A stretch of DNA of 64,000 nt from a virus. Taxonomy: Duplodnaviria; Caudoviricetes. The notes below the pieces were generated by a model. That model saw only the letters and a program-made list of their open reading frames with translations, was not told the DNA's origin and searched no databases. Location: IMG/VR virus record IMGVR_UViG_3300025389_000010, positions 32,001 to 96,000 of that record, one strand, 5' to 3'. The position numbers and the translations under genes were made by a program. Every line of letters starts with the position of its first letter. Position 1 is the first letter of the stretch. This document shows, in pieces, positions 10,375 through 22,200 of this stretch.

Positions 10375-12456
10375 TTATTCTACACAATAAGAAGAAGCCT
10401 GTGCCCAAGTTGTTGTTGGATTTGGTGCATATAAATATACAACATTAGCATCAAGTTCTGCGAATGAAATTGGATTTATACCGCATATTTTAATTATGGG
10501 TTTTACTAAATTATAACAAGCGGTTGCTTTCCATGACCAAGAAAACGATTTAGTACAATCATTTTTTATAGTGTTAACATTTTTTATACTTAAGAAATCA
10601 CGCAGTAAATCCAATGCATTATAAAGTTTAAGGAGTTCTTTATTTAAAACTTCCGGTATATGTAATTCGTTTACACCAACACCCAATGTTTCGTTTTCGA
10701 TATCTGCGTCAAATACAGGTAAATCGTTTTTGGTTACGGGTAAAAGTGTAAAAACAGAAGTTGAACCATTAGCAGTAGGTTCTGTCAATATTCCGAACTT
10801 AAAGTTTATAGTTTCTCTTAAAGTTTTTATATTTTGTGCCACTCTTACAAGAGATCTGTTATAAACAATATCACTTGCAAATTCATCTTCTGATACCATT
10901 AATTGATCAAGAGACCAATATTTATAAGATAAACCTTTTCCTATTCTATATATATTCAATATATCTTGACATCTAAATATGCAATTATTTGAACTTATTA
11001 TAATACCCTTTTGATCAGCTTTTTTGATATTATTATAATTTATTGTTGATCCTTTTGGAATATTAAAAGTATTAATAAAATATCCGAAAGCTGAATATTT
11101 ATACACATTTTTTTCAGTTAAAATGTACATAAAATCACCATTATCATCAAAAATTAATTTTAAAACTAGCGAACCATCTGAAATTTCATTGAGTGTTATT
11201 GTTTCATATAATATATTTGATTGATTATCATATATGTATACTGTATTATTGCCAGCTAATACATATACAAGTGATGTTGTTGGGTGTATATCAAACCCAA
11301 ATATTCCATTTTTTTCCAAATCATCATTAAAATATGTAAAAAGCCAATTTAGTGTTTTATTATATTGTTTTATACATTTATTATTATAATCTAAAACATA
11401 AACATTTTCATTAAAATATCTGATTTCATTTGGTGCATTAAACTTGTTATTATCCTTATAATTTCCAAATCCACCCAAATTAAGATTTAAATTAAGAACT
11501 AAGTTTTCAAAATCAATGTATACGTTATATATCCTATTTGAAACTGAATCACAGATATACATGTTTTGACCACTATCATCAATATCAAAAGCAGTTGGAA
11601 ATTTTATTATATCATTTATTTCTAATCTATTTTTGAAAATTATATCTTGTGGATTTTGTGAATTATTTAGAAATCTAATATTGTTTCCATCTATAATGTA
11701 AAAAATATCATTAATTTGTGTCGCATCTTTAACATTACTAAAAAAAGTAAAACCTGTATTTGTTGCTATTTCCGGTGTTTCAAAGTAAAAATTATTACTA
11801 CTTTTTGTTATCCATTTTATACCTGATGAATGGGAAGGTGAATTATTACCCATCCATCCGAAATATACAGTAGGCGTAGTCGTATCAATTGTTTGTAAAT
11901 TTGAATTTAAATAATCTAAATTATTCTGAAGTCTTTCAATTGCCGTGTTAAAAATATCAGAAACGCCCCATTCATTTGGTTGTATTTTTACTTGATCTAG
12001 CGAATAAGGAAAAGATAAAATAATTTCATTATTTAATCTTATATTATTTTGATCAAAAACGCTCCATTTTGACTTAACATTAATCGGAAAATCTAATAAA
12101 TTAAAAGGATCTGCTGTTTCTTCATTTGTCGTAGACGAAACATACATAGCGGAATATGATATATAATATGTGCCTTCTTGTGAATAATTGTGATATGCAT
12201 TTAAATTTGGATCTATTCTAGCTGTAAAACCATCTCCAAAATCAACATTATAATTCGTAACATTTGTCCCATCGGATTTTTTATATGTTTGAAAAGATAT
12301 AAAAAATGGATTTGGATTCGGATTATTATTATCTGCGGTTAATGTATAATAATTTGATAAAAAAACCTGAACCGGAACACTATCAGTATATGCAGTAAAA
12401 TTTAATGGGTTTGAAACAAATAAGCTCATGGTGATTTTAATGTTACTATTTCCCAA
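10375..12456 (-). CDS. PKD-domain plus NHL-repeat beta-propeller protein (693 aa)
   Basis: VDFGDG...HNYSQEGTYYI (PKD); FPTAFDIDDSGQNMYICDSVSNRI and FNAPNEI...VYVLDYNNKCIKQY (NHL-like blades). Confidence 0.65.
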   Translation of the reverse strand: MGNSNIKITMSLFVSNPLNFTAYTDSVPVQVFLSNYYTLTADNNNPNPNPFFISFQTYKKSDGTNVTNYNVDFGDGFTARIDPNLNAYHNYSQEGTYYISYSAMYVSSTTNEETADPFNLLDFPINVKSKWSVFDQNNIRLNNEIILSFPYSLDQVKIQPNEWGVSDIFNTAIERLQNNLDYLNSNLQTIDTTTPTVYFGWMGNNSPSHSSGIKWITKSSNNFYFETPEIATNTGFTFFSNVKDATQINDIFYIIDGNNIRFLNNSQNPQDIIFKNRLEINDIIKFPTAFDIDDSGQNMYICDSVSNRIYNVYIDFENLVLNLNLNLGGFGNYKDNNKFNAPNEIRYFNENVYVLDYNNKCIKQYNKTLNWLFTYFNDDLEKNGIFGFDIHPTTSLVYVLAGNNTVYIYDNQSNILYETITLNEISDGSLVLKLIFDDNGDFMYILTEKNVYKYSAFGYFINTFNIPKGSTINYNNIKKADQKGIIISSNNCIFRCQDILNIYRIGKGLSYKYWSLDQLMVSEDEFASDIVYNRSLVRVAQNIKTLRETINFKFGILTEPTANGSTSVFTLLPVTKNDLPVFDADIENETLGVGVNELHIPEVLNKELLKLYNALDLLRDFLSIKNVNTIKNDCTKSFSWSWKATACYNLVKPIIKICGINPISFAELDANVVYLYAPNPTTTWAQASSYCVE

Positions 12457-15400
12457 AGATCCGGATCTTTGGGATATTGTGGTAGATTCTTATAATTATT
12501 AAAAGTGCTTGGTGGTATTTGGATATTTATTACTGGACTAGCGGAAATTGTGAATGAATCTTCACCATTTTCTCCTGTATTTAATAATACGGCAGGATCG
12601 CCAGTTTTTAAAGTAAATGGTGTACCTCTTAAAGCTTTTATATCAAGGTATGAATCTGTAGACCAATACTCATTTGAGAGTGTATATTTAACATAACCAC
12701 TTACGATTTGTACAGGTGTAAAATATTGTGATGGATTTGTCTGTTGATCTACTCTTACTGTAGAATCAATATCCAAATTTATCCTATCTTGTTGTTCTAA
12801 AATAAAGGAAAAATTAAAATCAGGATATGATTTTATAACAGGTGACATTTTAAACAAATTATCACCATCGACGAGATCAACTTGATTTATAGTATATGCA
12901 TAATTGTTAAAATATCCTGTTAAAAGTTTATTTGTAATACCATCAGAATATAGATACATATTACCAACACTTTGTGGAAAATATGTATCGTTAAAGGCGG
13001 ATAAGGTTATGTTAATACCAAGATAAATTGCAGGATCAACTCTATTGTATGTTATGGGTAATAAATCAAAAGCAGATGCAGTTAAGACTGTGTCGCCGGT
13101 ACTATCGTTTTGATAATAATATTTATTAAAAACACCATCGCCGTTTGCAGATAGCCAATAATTATAGCTGTCTGATTTTTTATGCTCATATCCTGATGGA
13201 CAATAGCTTTGTGTATAATTACTTGTTGTCGTAAAAGTAACAAATCCTGTACTATCCCAATAGTATTCTGGATAAATGATAAAATCAAGAGGTCTAAAGA
13301 AAATAAGTGGGTCTATTTTATAGAAAACAGCTGATGTTATAAAATTATGAGGATAAGACCATCCGGGTGCCGTTGCAGAAATTAAACAAAGATTTAAATA
13401 AAACGCAGAAGCCGGTAAATGTGTTAAATCGTATGAATATCCAACATTAAAACCATCTGTGTTTAAATATTGTTTAATAACAGGTGTTGAATTATTGCTA
13501 TCTTTAAGTTCCCAATATATATTATCATAATAATAACCTGTAAAAGTATTTGTTGCTACAAAATCAAAATAAAAATCATAATTACTAGGTCTTGTTATTA
13601 TTGCACTTCCTGTATCTTTAGTATTTGCTATACCATATTGTTGAAATTTATTATAATAAATATCAAAACCATAATTTAAAACAGATATTGCTGGAAAATC
13701 ATCAACATATACATCATATGTGCCTATTATAAATGGATCTTTTATGTTTGTATATGCACTGATAGTAACTTTATTTGTTCTTGGATTCGATTGAACTATA
13801 TCTGGTAATATATTTAAGGATATTGCGCTTAAATTTATTATAGAATCATAAAAACCATACTGATATTCATTACCATTAATATACGTAGCCGTTATAGGTT
13901 GTTGCAAGGGATCTGTTATATCATTATATTGCCATTCCCAAAATACAGGAATATCAACAGGAATATCGTACAAATAATTTTCAAAAGGAACTTGAACCTT
14001 CAAGGTTATTGTTCTTATTTGGTTAAAATTATTTAAGTCAACTATTGGTGTTATGACAAATTTGTTTTCTGTAAAATAATCAAAAAGATAAGGATTTGTT
14101 CCTATGTAATTATATTCACCTGTTTTTGCCGATGATAAATAAACATTTATTTGAGATGGACCATATCCTTTTACATTTACTGTCCAAGAACTAGAATCAA
14201 AATTAACAACAGAATTTGGAGTTATGGTTTGTAATACATTATTGTTACTATCAATTGCATTGATAACGACATTTGATAATAATGCTGGATCAATTGTGCT
14301 TTGCTCTACACCGTTTTTTACTTCGGTAAAATACCAAGAAATATCAGTATTTGTTAAATCTCTATAAGGCCATGCATTATCATTTGTATTTTTTGATGCA
14401 TCTATTACTATAGAATTCGATTGTTCGGACAGTGTGTTTAAAAATAAACCATTTCCTAAAGATTGAGAATCAAAAAAACCTTGCCCTAATGGTATTTCTA
14501 ATAATTCATGAGAATCGGATTGTTGTGTTGTATCAGTCTTGCATCTTAATGTAGTTTTGAGATATAAAGTAACTGATCCTAAATTAACGCTTGGGTAAGA
14601 TATCCATAAATTTCTGGCAAGTATTGCATCTTGCCATGCGCCATATCCTAAATCATAATGTACCCAAGTTCCAGTATCGGATGGATTAAACGGCGAAGGT
14701 GGAATATAATATCCAGCTGAAAGGCTCTTTACGATATTATCAATTCCAACATTCGGTTTTACCCCAACAATCGTATATTTTATATCATCATTTGAACCAC
14801 CATCTTCTAAAGAATATGTTAATATATTATGATCAGAAGCAATATAAGAACTAACCGTAACGCTTGTTGTATCTGAAGATTTGGCTATTATTTTATTTTT
14901 TACATAAAAATTCAAATAAAATTGATCTTGATATGTACCATCAGATGTTTTTTTTAAATCCACTTTATAACTATAAAAATGTGGTGCATTTGGTGTATTA
15001 AATTTTACTATATTATTATTAGTTGATATAACAGTTTGTGGATAAGCGGTAGATGTTGTAACTGATGTTGCAGGATCTCCCAAAGCTGATGATGTTTTTG
15101 TGCCTATATAACTCACACCAATTACAGTGTTTGGTATAAAAGTTATTTTTCCACTTTTAGCATAAAAATTAAAAGTCGTATCATCTAAATCCAAAGTGGA
15201 ACTTAAAATGCAAAACTGTGTATTATTTAGTGTTTGTAATATAGCAGGATCAGTTGAATTTGAATCAATATTCTGTATCAACTGAAATTTTTGAATATTA
15301 TTTATGGAATCAAAACCTAAAATATAATTCGATGCTATTGTTTTTGATAAAATATCTATTGATTCTTGTTCAACAATATGATGACTTGAATTAAAATCAG

Positions 15401-16205
15401 TATAGACTGCGCTATATGTTACATATGTAGAATCTGCAATAATTTTAGGAAAAATATAATCAAGTTTACCAGACGATGTGGTTCCACTAAAAGTATTAAA
15501 ATCTATAGCTGTTTTATTGTTAACAACAATAGTGCGATAAAGATCGAAACTTAAAGTATAAGAATTATTACCTATAAAAGTCAATGCGTCGGCATTACTG
15601 TAAAACACAGGAGGGTTTGATAAAAAAGTTTTATTTAAATTTGCAATATATTGGTTTGGATTATTATCTTCAAATGTTATAAATTGTGTAGATAATAATT
15701 TTACATTAGTACTTAATGACCAATTACCCGTAATAGGATCATGTGTAAACCCAGCAGGATTTAAAAATAAACGAGTTGGATATACAACATAACCAAAACT
15801 ATCATTAGTAGTCGCATCAATTTGTGAATAAGATGCGTTAAATTCTCTTGGTAATTTAAATGTTGTTCTTAACTTCTCAGCATCATATACTATATATGTA
15901 TTATTATAACCATCAGCAACATAAGAAACTTGACTTACTAATTCTATATATTGTGTTGTTGCAGTAGTAGGATATGCTCCATATTGGACAAATCCACCAA
16001 TTCCCAAATTATTATAAGCAACATATGTTTGGAAAGTACTGAAATCAAAAGATTTAATTACATCATTAATATAATTTTTTTGAAATTTTAAAACATTAAC
16101 AGTTGGAAGACCAAAATTTGTATAAACATAGTTATTAGACAATGTTATTGTATAAACATTGTTTGGATAATCAGCTTGACTTGTTAATATAAAAGGAACC
16201 GCCAT
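12426..16205 (-). CDS. Large putative virion structural protein (1259 aa), function unknown
   Basis: Long beta-strand-rich ORF in the baseplate/tail operon, ATAAATA motif upstream. Confidence 0.6.
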   Translation of the reverse strand: MAVPFILTSQADYPNNVYTITLSNNYVYTNFGLPTVNVLKFQKNYINDVIKSFDFSTFQTYVAYNNLGIGGFVQYGAYPTTATTQYIELVSQVSYVADGYNNTYIVYDAEKLRTTFKLPREFNASYSQIDATTNDSFGYVVYPTRLFLNPAGFTHDPITGNWSLSTNVKLLSTQFITFEDNNPNQYIANLNKTFLSNPPVFYSNADALTFIGNNSYTLSFDLYRTIVVNNKTAIDFNTFSGTTSSGKLDYIFPKIIADSTYVTYSAVYTDFNSSHHIVEQESIDILSKTIASNYILGFDSINNIQKFQLIQNIDSNSTDPAILQTLNNTQFCILSSTLDLDDTTFNFYAKSGKITFIPNTVIGVSYIGTKTSSALGDPATSVTTSTAYPQTVISTNNNIVKFNTPNAPHFYSYKVDLKKTSDGTYQDQFYLNFYVKNKIIAKSSDTTSVTVSSYIASDHNILTYSLEDGGSNDDIKYTIVGVKPNVGIDNIVKSLSAGYYIPPSPFNPSDTGTWVHYDLGYGAWQDAILARNLWISYPSVNLGSVTLYLKTTLRCKTDTTQQSDSHELLEIPLGQGFFDSQSLGNGLFLNTLSEQSNSIVIDASKNTNDNAWPYRDLTNTDISWYFTEVKNGVEQSTIDPALLSNVVINAIDSNNNVLQTITPNSVVNFDSSSWTVNVKGYGPSQINVYLSSAKTGEYNYIGTNPYLFDYFTENKFVITPIVDLNNFNQIRTITLKVQVPFENYLYDIPVDIPVFWEWQYNDITDPLQQPITATYINGNEYQYGFYDSIINLSAISLNILPDIVQSNPRTNKVTISAYTNIKDPFIIGTYDVYVDDFPAISVLNYGFDIYYNKFQQYGIANTKDTGSAIITRPSNYDFYFDFVATNTFTGYYYDNIYWELKDSNNSTPVIKQYLNTDGFNVGYSYDLTHLPASAFYLNLCLISATAPGWSYPHNFITSAVFYKIDPLIFFRPLDFIIYPEYYWDSTGFVTFTTTSNYTQSYCPSGYEHKKSDSYNYWLSANGDGVFNKYYYQNDSTGDTVLTASAFDLLPITYNRVDPAIYLGINITLSAFNDTYFPQSVGNMYLYSDGITNKLLTGYFNNYAYTINQVDLVDGDNLFKMSPVIKSYPDFNFSFILEQQDRINLDIDSTVRVDQQTNPSQYFTPVQIVSGYVKYTLSNEYWSTDSYLDIKALRGTPFTLKTGDPAVLLNTGENGEDSFTISASPVINIQIPPSTFNNYKNLPQYPKDPDLWEIVTLKSP

Positions 16206-16236
16206 AAGATTATATATTTATTACATTGTTAAAAAG

Positions 16237-19200
16237 TTACAATAAGCCTAAACCATGATAAATGTCATATGACAAGATTCTATCAATCATTTGTTCATTT
16301 CCAACCCATTGTAAATAACTTGATAAGTTTTTATTTAACGTAGTAAGATCGTTTTGCCAATCTATAATACCGTCAATTTGTTTTTGATCATTACCGGGAA
16401 TGAATTCATAAAATTCATAAAAATCATTCCATGCGCTACCGGTCGATTGGTTTAATTTTAAGAAAATTACAAGTTCTTCTAAAGGATATTGCATTATTTT
16501 TATATTATTTCCAACGTAAGATAATAATCTTGGATCTAATTTTATTAGATAGTTATTCAAGAAGTTTATAGTGTCTATTGTATTTTTTATCTGATCTGGC
16601 AAAATATTTTGTGGTAATCTGCTTGTACTACCTTGCCAATAAGCTAAAGCATATTGAATTGTTCGTGAATTAACACCTGTTATCAAATCGTTTGCAACAG
16701 CATCAACCATATATCCAACATCTCTCTTACACTTTGCGCTAAGAGCACCAGAAGCATCAGGAGAAACACTGTATTGTGTTACCAAATAATCATTGTCATA
16801 AACATACTGTGCGACAGTTTGTCGAATAATGTCTCTATTTAAATCAATTGCATCAGCAAGAAGTCTATCCTCTGTTTTTGGATATCCGTTTGGAATGTAT
16901 GGTTTTAATGCACCTTGATTTTGTAGAGGGAATATAATATCGTCTATTCTATTTAAAACATCTTGGTTTCTATCGGAACCCATTTTTGTACTAGAAAGAA
17001 TACCTGTTAATGTAAACGTTGGCACATTTTTAGGGATGTCTTTTCCGGTAATATAATAACCCAACGCTTGAATTGCAGCAATTGTAGGTGCCACTTCATC
17101 TGACGGTAATGTTGGTACACTGCTGTTATAATTAGGTGCTTTTGTTAAAGTTCCCTTGAAATATAGATTTCCTACTTCAATTGATCTGTGGTTTGTATTA
17201 TTTGCAATGTCCGCAGCTATGGCATCAATAATGTATCCGGTATCTCTGTAACATTTCAGAGAAAGAGCGGTATTTGTTAATACACTTGGAAAGTTATATT
17301 TTACAAAATTTACTATTTGATCTTGTAAATTTGATTTGTATTTTAAAATATTTGCACTTGCATTTTTATATGCATCAGAATTGATGGCACCACCGGGTGT
17401 GGTTCTTGGTACATTGTTTATGCTTAAAATAATTTTATTAAAGTTTTCAAGAATATTTGAAATTTTACTTTTTTGAATTGAACTTAAATTATAAGAATTT
17501 TTTTGTAAAACATTTATTATTGTTTTCTTTAAATAATTGATAGTATCAATAGTTTTTTGTTTTTGATTTGGTATAGCCGTTTCGGGTAATCTACTTGTGC
17601 TTCCTTCCCAATAAGCCAAAGCATATTCGATTGAACGTGCAACAACACCAGTTCTTATATCACTTATCACTGCATCAAGCATTAAACCAACATCTCTGTT
17701 GCATTTTGCGGTTAATACTGGATCAGGATATATTTTTGTCAAATATTGTTTAACTTTTACATAATCAGCAACAGCGTTTTGTATTTCTTCTTTTCTTGTC
17801 AATAATTCTTGTCCAAGTTGGATGTCATTTTTTAAGGGATTACCTTGTGGTAAATAAACTTTTGTTTGACCGTTATTTTCAAGTGTGTATATTATATCTT
17901 TTAATCTATATGTTACATCTTGTGCTCTATTTACCATATCATCTCCGGAGAGAACACCTGTTGTTGTAAAGGGAGTTGGATATTCGGGTATACCTTTACC
18001 TGTTATATAAAAATTTATAGCACTTATTGCAGCTATTGTTGCTGTTATCTGATCTGATGGTAATGATGGAATGCTGCTATCCGGATATGTTAGTTGTGTT
18101 CCTAATGTTCCATTAAAATAAATATAAGATACGTCTATGGATCTATGATTTGCATTGTTAGCAATATCCGCAGCAATAGCATCAAGAATAAAACCAACAT
18201 CTCTATAACATTTTGCAGAAAGTGTTGGGAAAAGAGGATCATCTTGTAAATAACCCGACTGTACAACATAAGCAGACATATAATTTTGAATCGCTGCTCT
18301 GTTTTGTATTAAAAATTGACTTGTTTCTATATCTTGTTGAGTTGGGCTACCAGCAGGAACATAGCTATTAAGTTGTCCGTTATTTTGTAAAGGATAAACA
18401 ACATCGTCTACCCTATTTGATAAATCTGTTTGTCTATTGATTAGATTACCGCTTGATAAGATTCCAGTATATGTAAAAGAAGGAATACCTGTCGGTATAT
18501 TTGTACCATTGATATAATTCTTTAACATGCTAATTGCATCTATTGTGACTAAAATCTGATCTGATGGTAAAGTTGGTACACTACTATCATAGTTTGGAAG
18601 GCCCATCAAGGTACCTTTAAAATAAATGTTTCCTACTTCAATTGATCTGTGGTTTGCATTATTTGCAATGTCAGCAGCTATGGCATCAATAATGTATCCG
18701 GTATCTCTATAGCATTTTGCTGATAAAGTGCTATTACTTAAAGTTGTAGGATATTGATAATATACATAGTCTACAATTTGCTGTTGTAATTGAGATTTAA
18801 ACTGAAGAATTGCATTAGAAGCATTTGCATAAGAATCATCACTAACAATACCAGATGGTGTGGTAACAGGAACATTATTTTGATCTAAGATGATATTAAT
18901 AAAATTTTGTAAACTATTTTTTATTTCATCGTATTGTGTTTGTGAAAAATCTTGAATATTAGTTTGACATAAATTTTCTATATAATTTCTAAGTTCCGCT
19001 ATCGTATCAGTTGTGTTTTGTATTTGATTGGGTATAAGATTTTCTGGTAGTCTGCTTGTGCTTCCTTCCCAATAAGCCAAAGCATATTGAATTGTTCTGG
19101 AAACAACACCAGAAGATAAATCATTTGCAAGAGCATCAATCATTAAACCTATATCTCTTTTGCATTTTAAAAGATTTGCACCGTTTTTATCTAAAGCTGC

Positions 19201-22200
19201 TGGAAAATAATAATCGGCATAATCAACAATTTGTTGTTGTATTTGTGGTTTAAAGTACAATATTTTTTGACTAGCTATTTGATAGGATGAATCTGTAATG
19301 TTACCACTTGGTGATGTTTTTGGTGTGTTTGTGTTGTCTAAAATAATATTTCTAAAATTATCTAAACTTATTGTTATTTTATCAGGTGGAAGTTGAAACA
19401 ATGGACCAGTTTGTATTAATTCATATTTGTTTAATGATTTTGTTTTTAAAACAACTGGTGTACCAGCACTTACTTGATAGTTTATTGTTAATAATTTTCC
19501 TTTATTTAAAACACCTTCATTACTTTGATTTATAAAATTATTTTGGTTCATTGCTGATGAACCCCATAATCTAGATTGGTTAATTGAAACCAAATCCATT
19601 ATTCTCTTTGTATTGCTTGGATAATTTATTCTATAATCATTTGTGTTTTCATCCAATATGTCGGACATGTCATAAACATGGTTTATATTTGCAGTATCTA
19701 TGTCCTTTGTGTTTTTTATAAAATTTGATATTTTTTCATATGGAAAAATACCGAGATCAAAATGTGAAAAAGGATATGTTCCAAAAATAGAAGGTATAAA
19801 TGAATTTAAAAGAACCTCGCTTTCATATAAAGAAGGTATAAAAGAAAAAGATTTAATCTGTGCAGCAAAATCAAAATTTTCATTGATCTTAAAAAGATCT
19901 ATTTTATTATCCAAATATAAAGGAACTGGTGACAGTACATTGTCAACTGTTATATCCAAACCATAATTTGTTTCTATTAATCTATTATAATTTGTTACAA
20001 GTAATGATTGGCTTTGTTGCAATGAAGAAGAATTAGATTGAAACACATCAAGTGTTCTGGAAACACCGCTTAAATTTAAAAAAAGAGTTGAACTGTTATA
20101 GTTGGCACGATAAACATATTTGTTAAGCCATTTGAAACCTGTCCAATCACCATAGGCTTGTGCTGATTTTTGCCATTGATTATATTCTTTTAATGTTCTT
20201 GTATATTCCCCGTTTGTGTAAAAAGTAAAACCTTGTGGGTTTATATAAAATTTTTCTGAAAAATCTACTATTTTTGAATCAAACACATAAATTTGATTTT
20301 CTATTGAATTTATAACATATATGTTTCCTTTTAAATCACAGGCTATACCTTCAATTGCAGTTTCTGATGTGTTTTTGGATGGTGTTGTTAAATAACTATC
20401 AACACCAAGTGATGCATCGGTATAAGAAGATAACGAAAAGGTTACATTTCTTGCATTTTGATTATTAAGATAACCTATTTCATTATATCCAAACGTATAC
20501 CATAAATTTTGATTGATATCCAAAGCAAGATTATTAACACCTTTTATTGGTCCAAAACTACTCAAAAGAATACCATCTGTATTTCTTTTTTCAATGTAGC
20601 CGTCTGTATCCCAAATTGTATTTGATAATGCAATCCAAACATTGTTTTCACTGTCAACAATTATATCTTGTGGACATGATTCTGGATCATATGTTATTGT
20701 GTTTAGTAAATTACCATCTGTATCAAATTTAATTAAAATACCACTTGCATAATTTGAATAACTAACCCATATATTATTATCAATATCTGTTTCAATAAAA
20801 GTAGGTTGTATTAAGTTTTCTGTTATTGTATTTGGATAATCAAAGTTATCTTTATACCAATTTAAATCTATATTCGGAGGATCTTGATAATTAATGAAAA
20901 GATTAGTATCTATAGTGTTTAAATAGTTTCCTTCTGCATCAAATTTTAAAACTGATGTGGTGTCATATAATGTCATCCATATGTTTTTATTACCATCTAA
21001 TGATATCGATGCAGGAGAAGGATATGGTAAAGTTTCATACTGTCTACTTGTTGTTTTTGGTAAACCAGTAACTGAATATATATCTATAGCACATAGGATT
21101 TGACCATTTGTTGCAAACTTATAAAGATAATTTAAATCACCATCACATGCCCATGCATTAAATTCAGGAAAAGGTAATACCGCAATACTGTTTATATCAT
21201 GATGACCAGAAGTTGCATATGTTCCCGCTAAAAAATCTTGATTAATAACAGGAACATCAAAATTATAAATTTGTGCTTTTAATAAATTTCTAGAATCTTC
21301 TAAAAAGGAATATTGTGAATTATATTCAACAATTGACACGCAACCAGCATTTGGATTTGATATCCAAAGTTTAGGTGAATAATCATTTCCAAACAAATTA
21401 GGTGTGCTTAAAGATGTACTTGCTGTTATAGCACACCCTAAGGTTGTTTTCATATAAAAGTCAAAATGGTTTTTATTATATCCGGTTGTTAAATAACCAT
21501 TTTCATCATTATAATATATATTTAAATCATTTAAAAATATCGCACTAACCGCTGTTGTTTTTATAAAATGTGTTCCACTTAATAATACAATATCTGTATT
21601 AATAGCTATTGTATTATCACTTTCAGAAAAAGGATGTGTTTTACAAAAATTTGAGTGTGTGTTTATTGGTGTTATCTGGTTACCTGATGGTATATAATAA
21701 TCATATTTGCTATTCCAGTTTAATGTATATACAATTGGTTGTGTAGCAGCAATCCATCTTGGGTTTATAAAATCACGAATTCCATTTTCTGAAATTTTAA
21801 TATACTCCGGTGGTCTATAATGAAAAATATGAGGTTGTATAGCAACTGCAAAACTATTGCTTTCCTTCGATGCTCCTATATAATTTAAATTAGGATCATA
21901 ATAGTTTATAGCACTTGTTTGTAATGTTGCAACAATACAAGTATAAGGACCATTGTCCATAGCTAAATCAAAATTATACCAATCATCGACGAAATAAAAC
22001 TCAGCGTACCCACTGACACCTATAAAATTTCCAGTTACTGTGCTTACTAAGCCATTTTTATCCAAATATAAAGGAGTATCAATTGTTTTAATTGCACTTA
22101 TTTTGTTTCCACTTAAATCTAAAAATCTGAATTCTGATCTTAAAAATGACCATTTATTTAAAATATCCTGTGGATGATAAGATCTTGAATATTTTGAATC

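Noticed and set aside
16540-19320. CRISPR array or diversity-generating retroelement template/variable repeats
   Set aside because: Repeats are in-frame coding duplications without unique spacers; mismatches are not adenine-specific; no reverse transcriptase in the window
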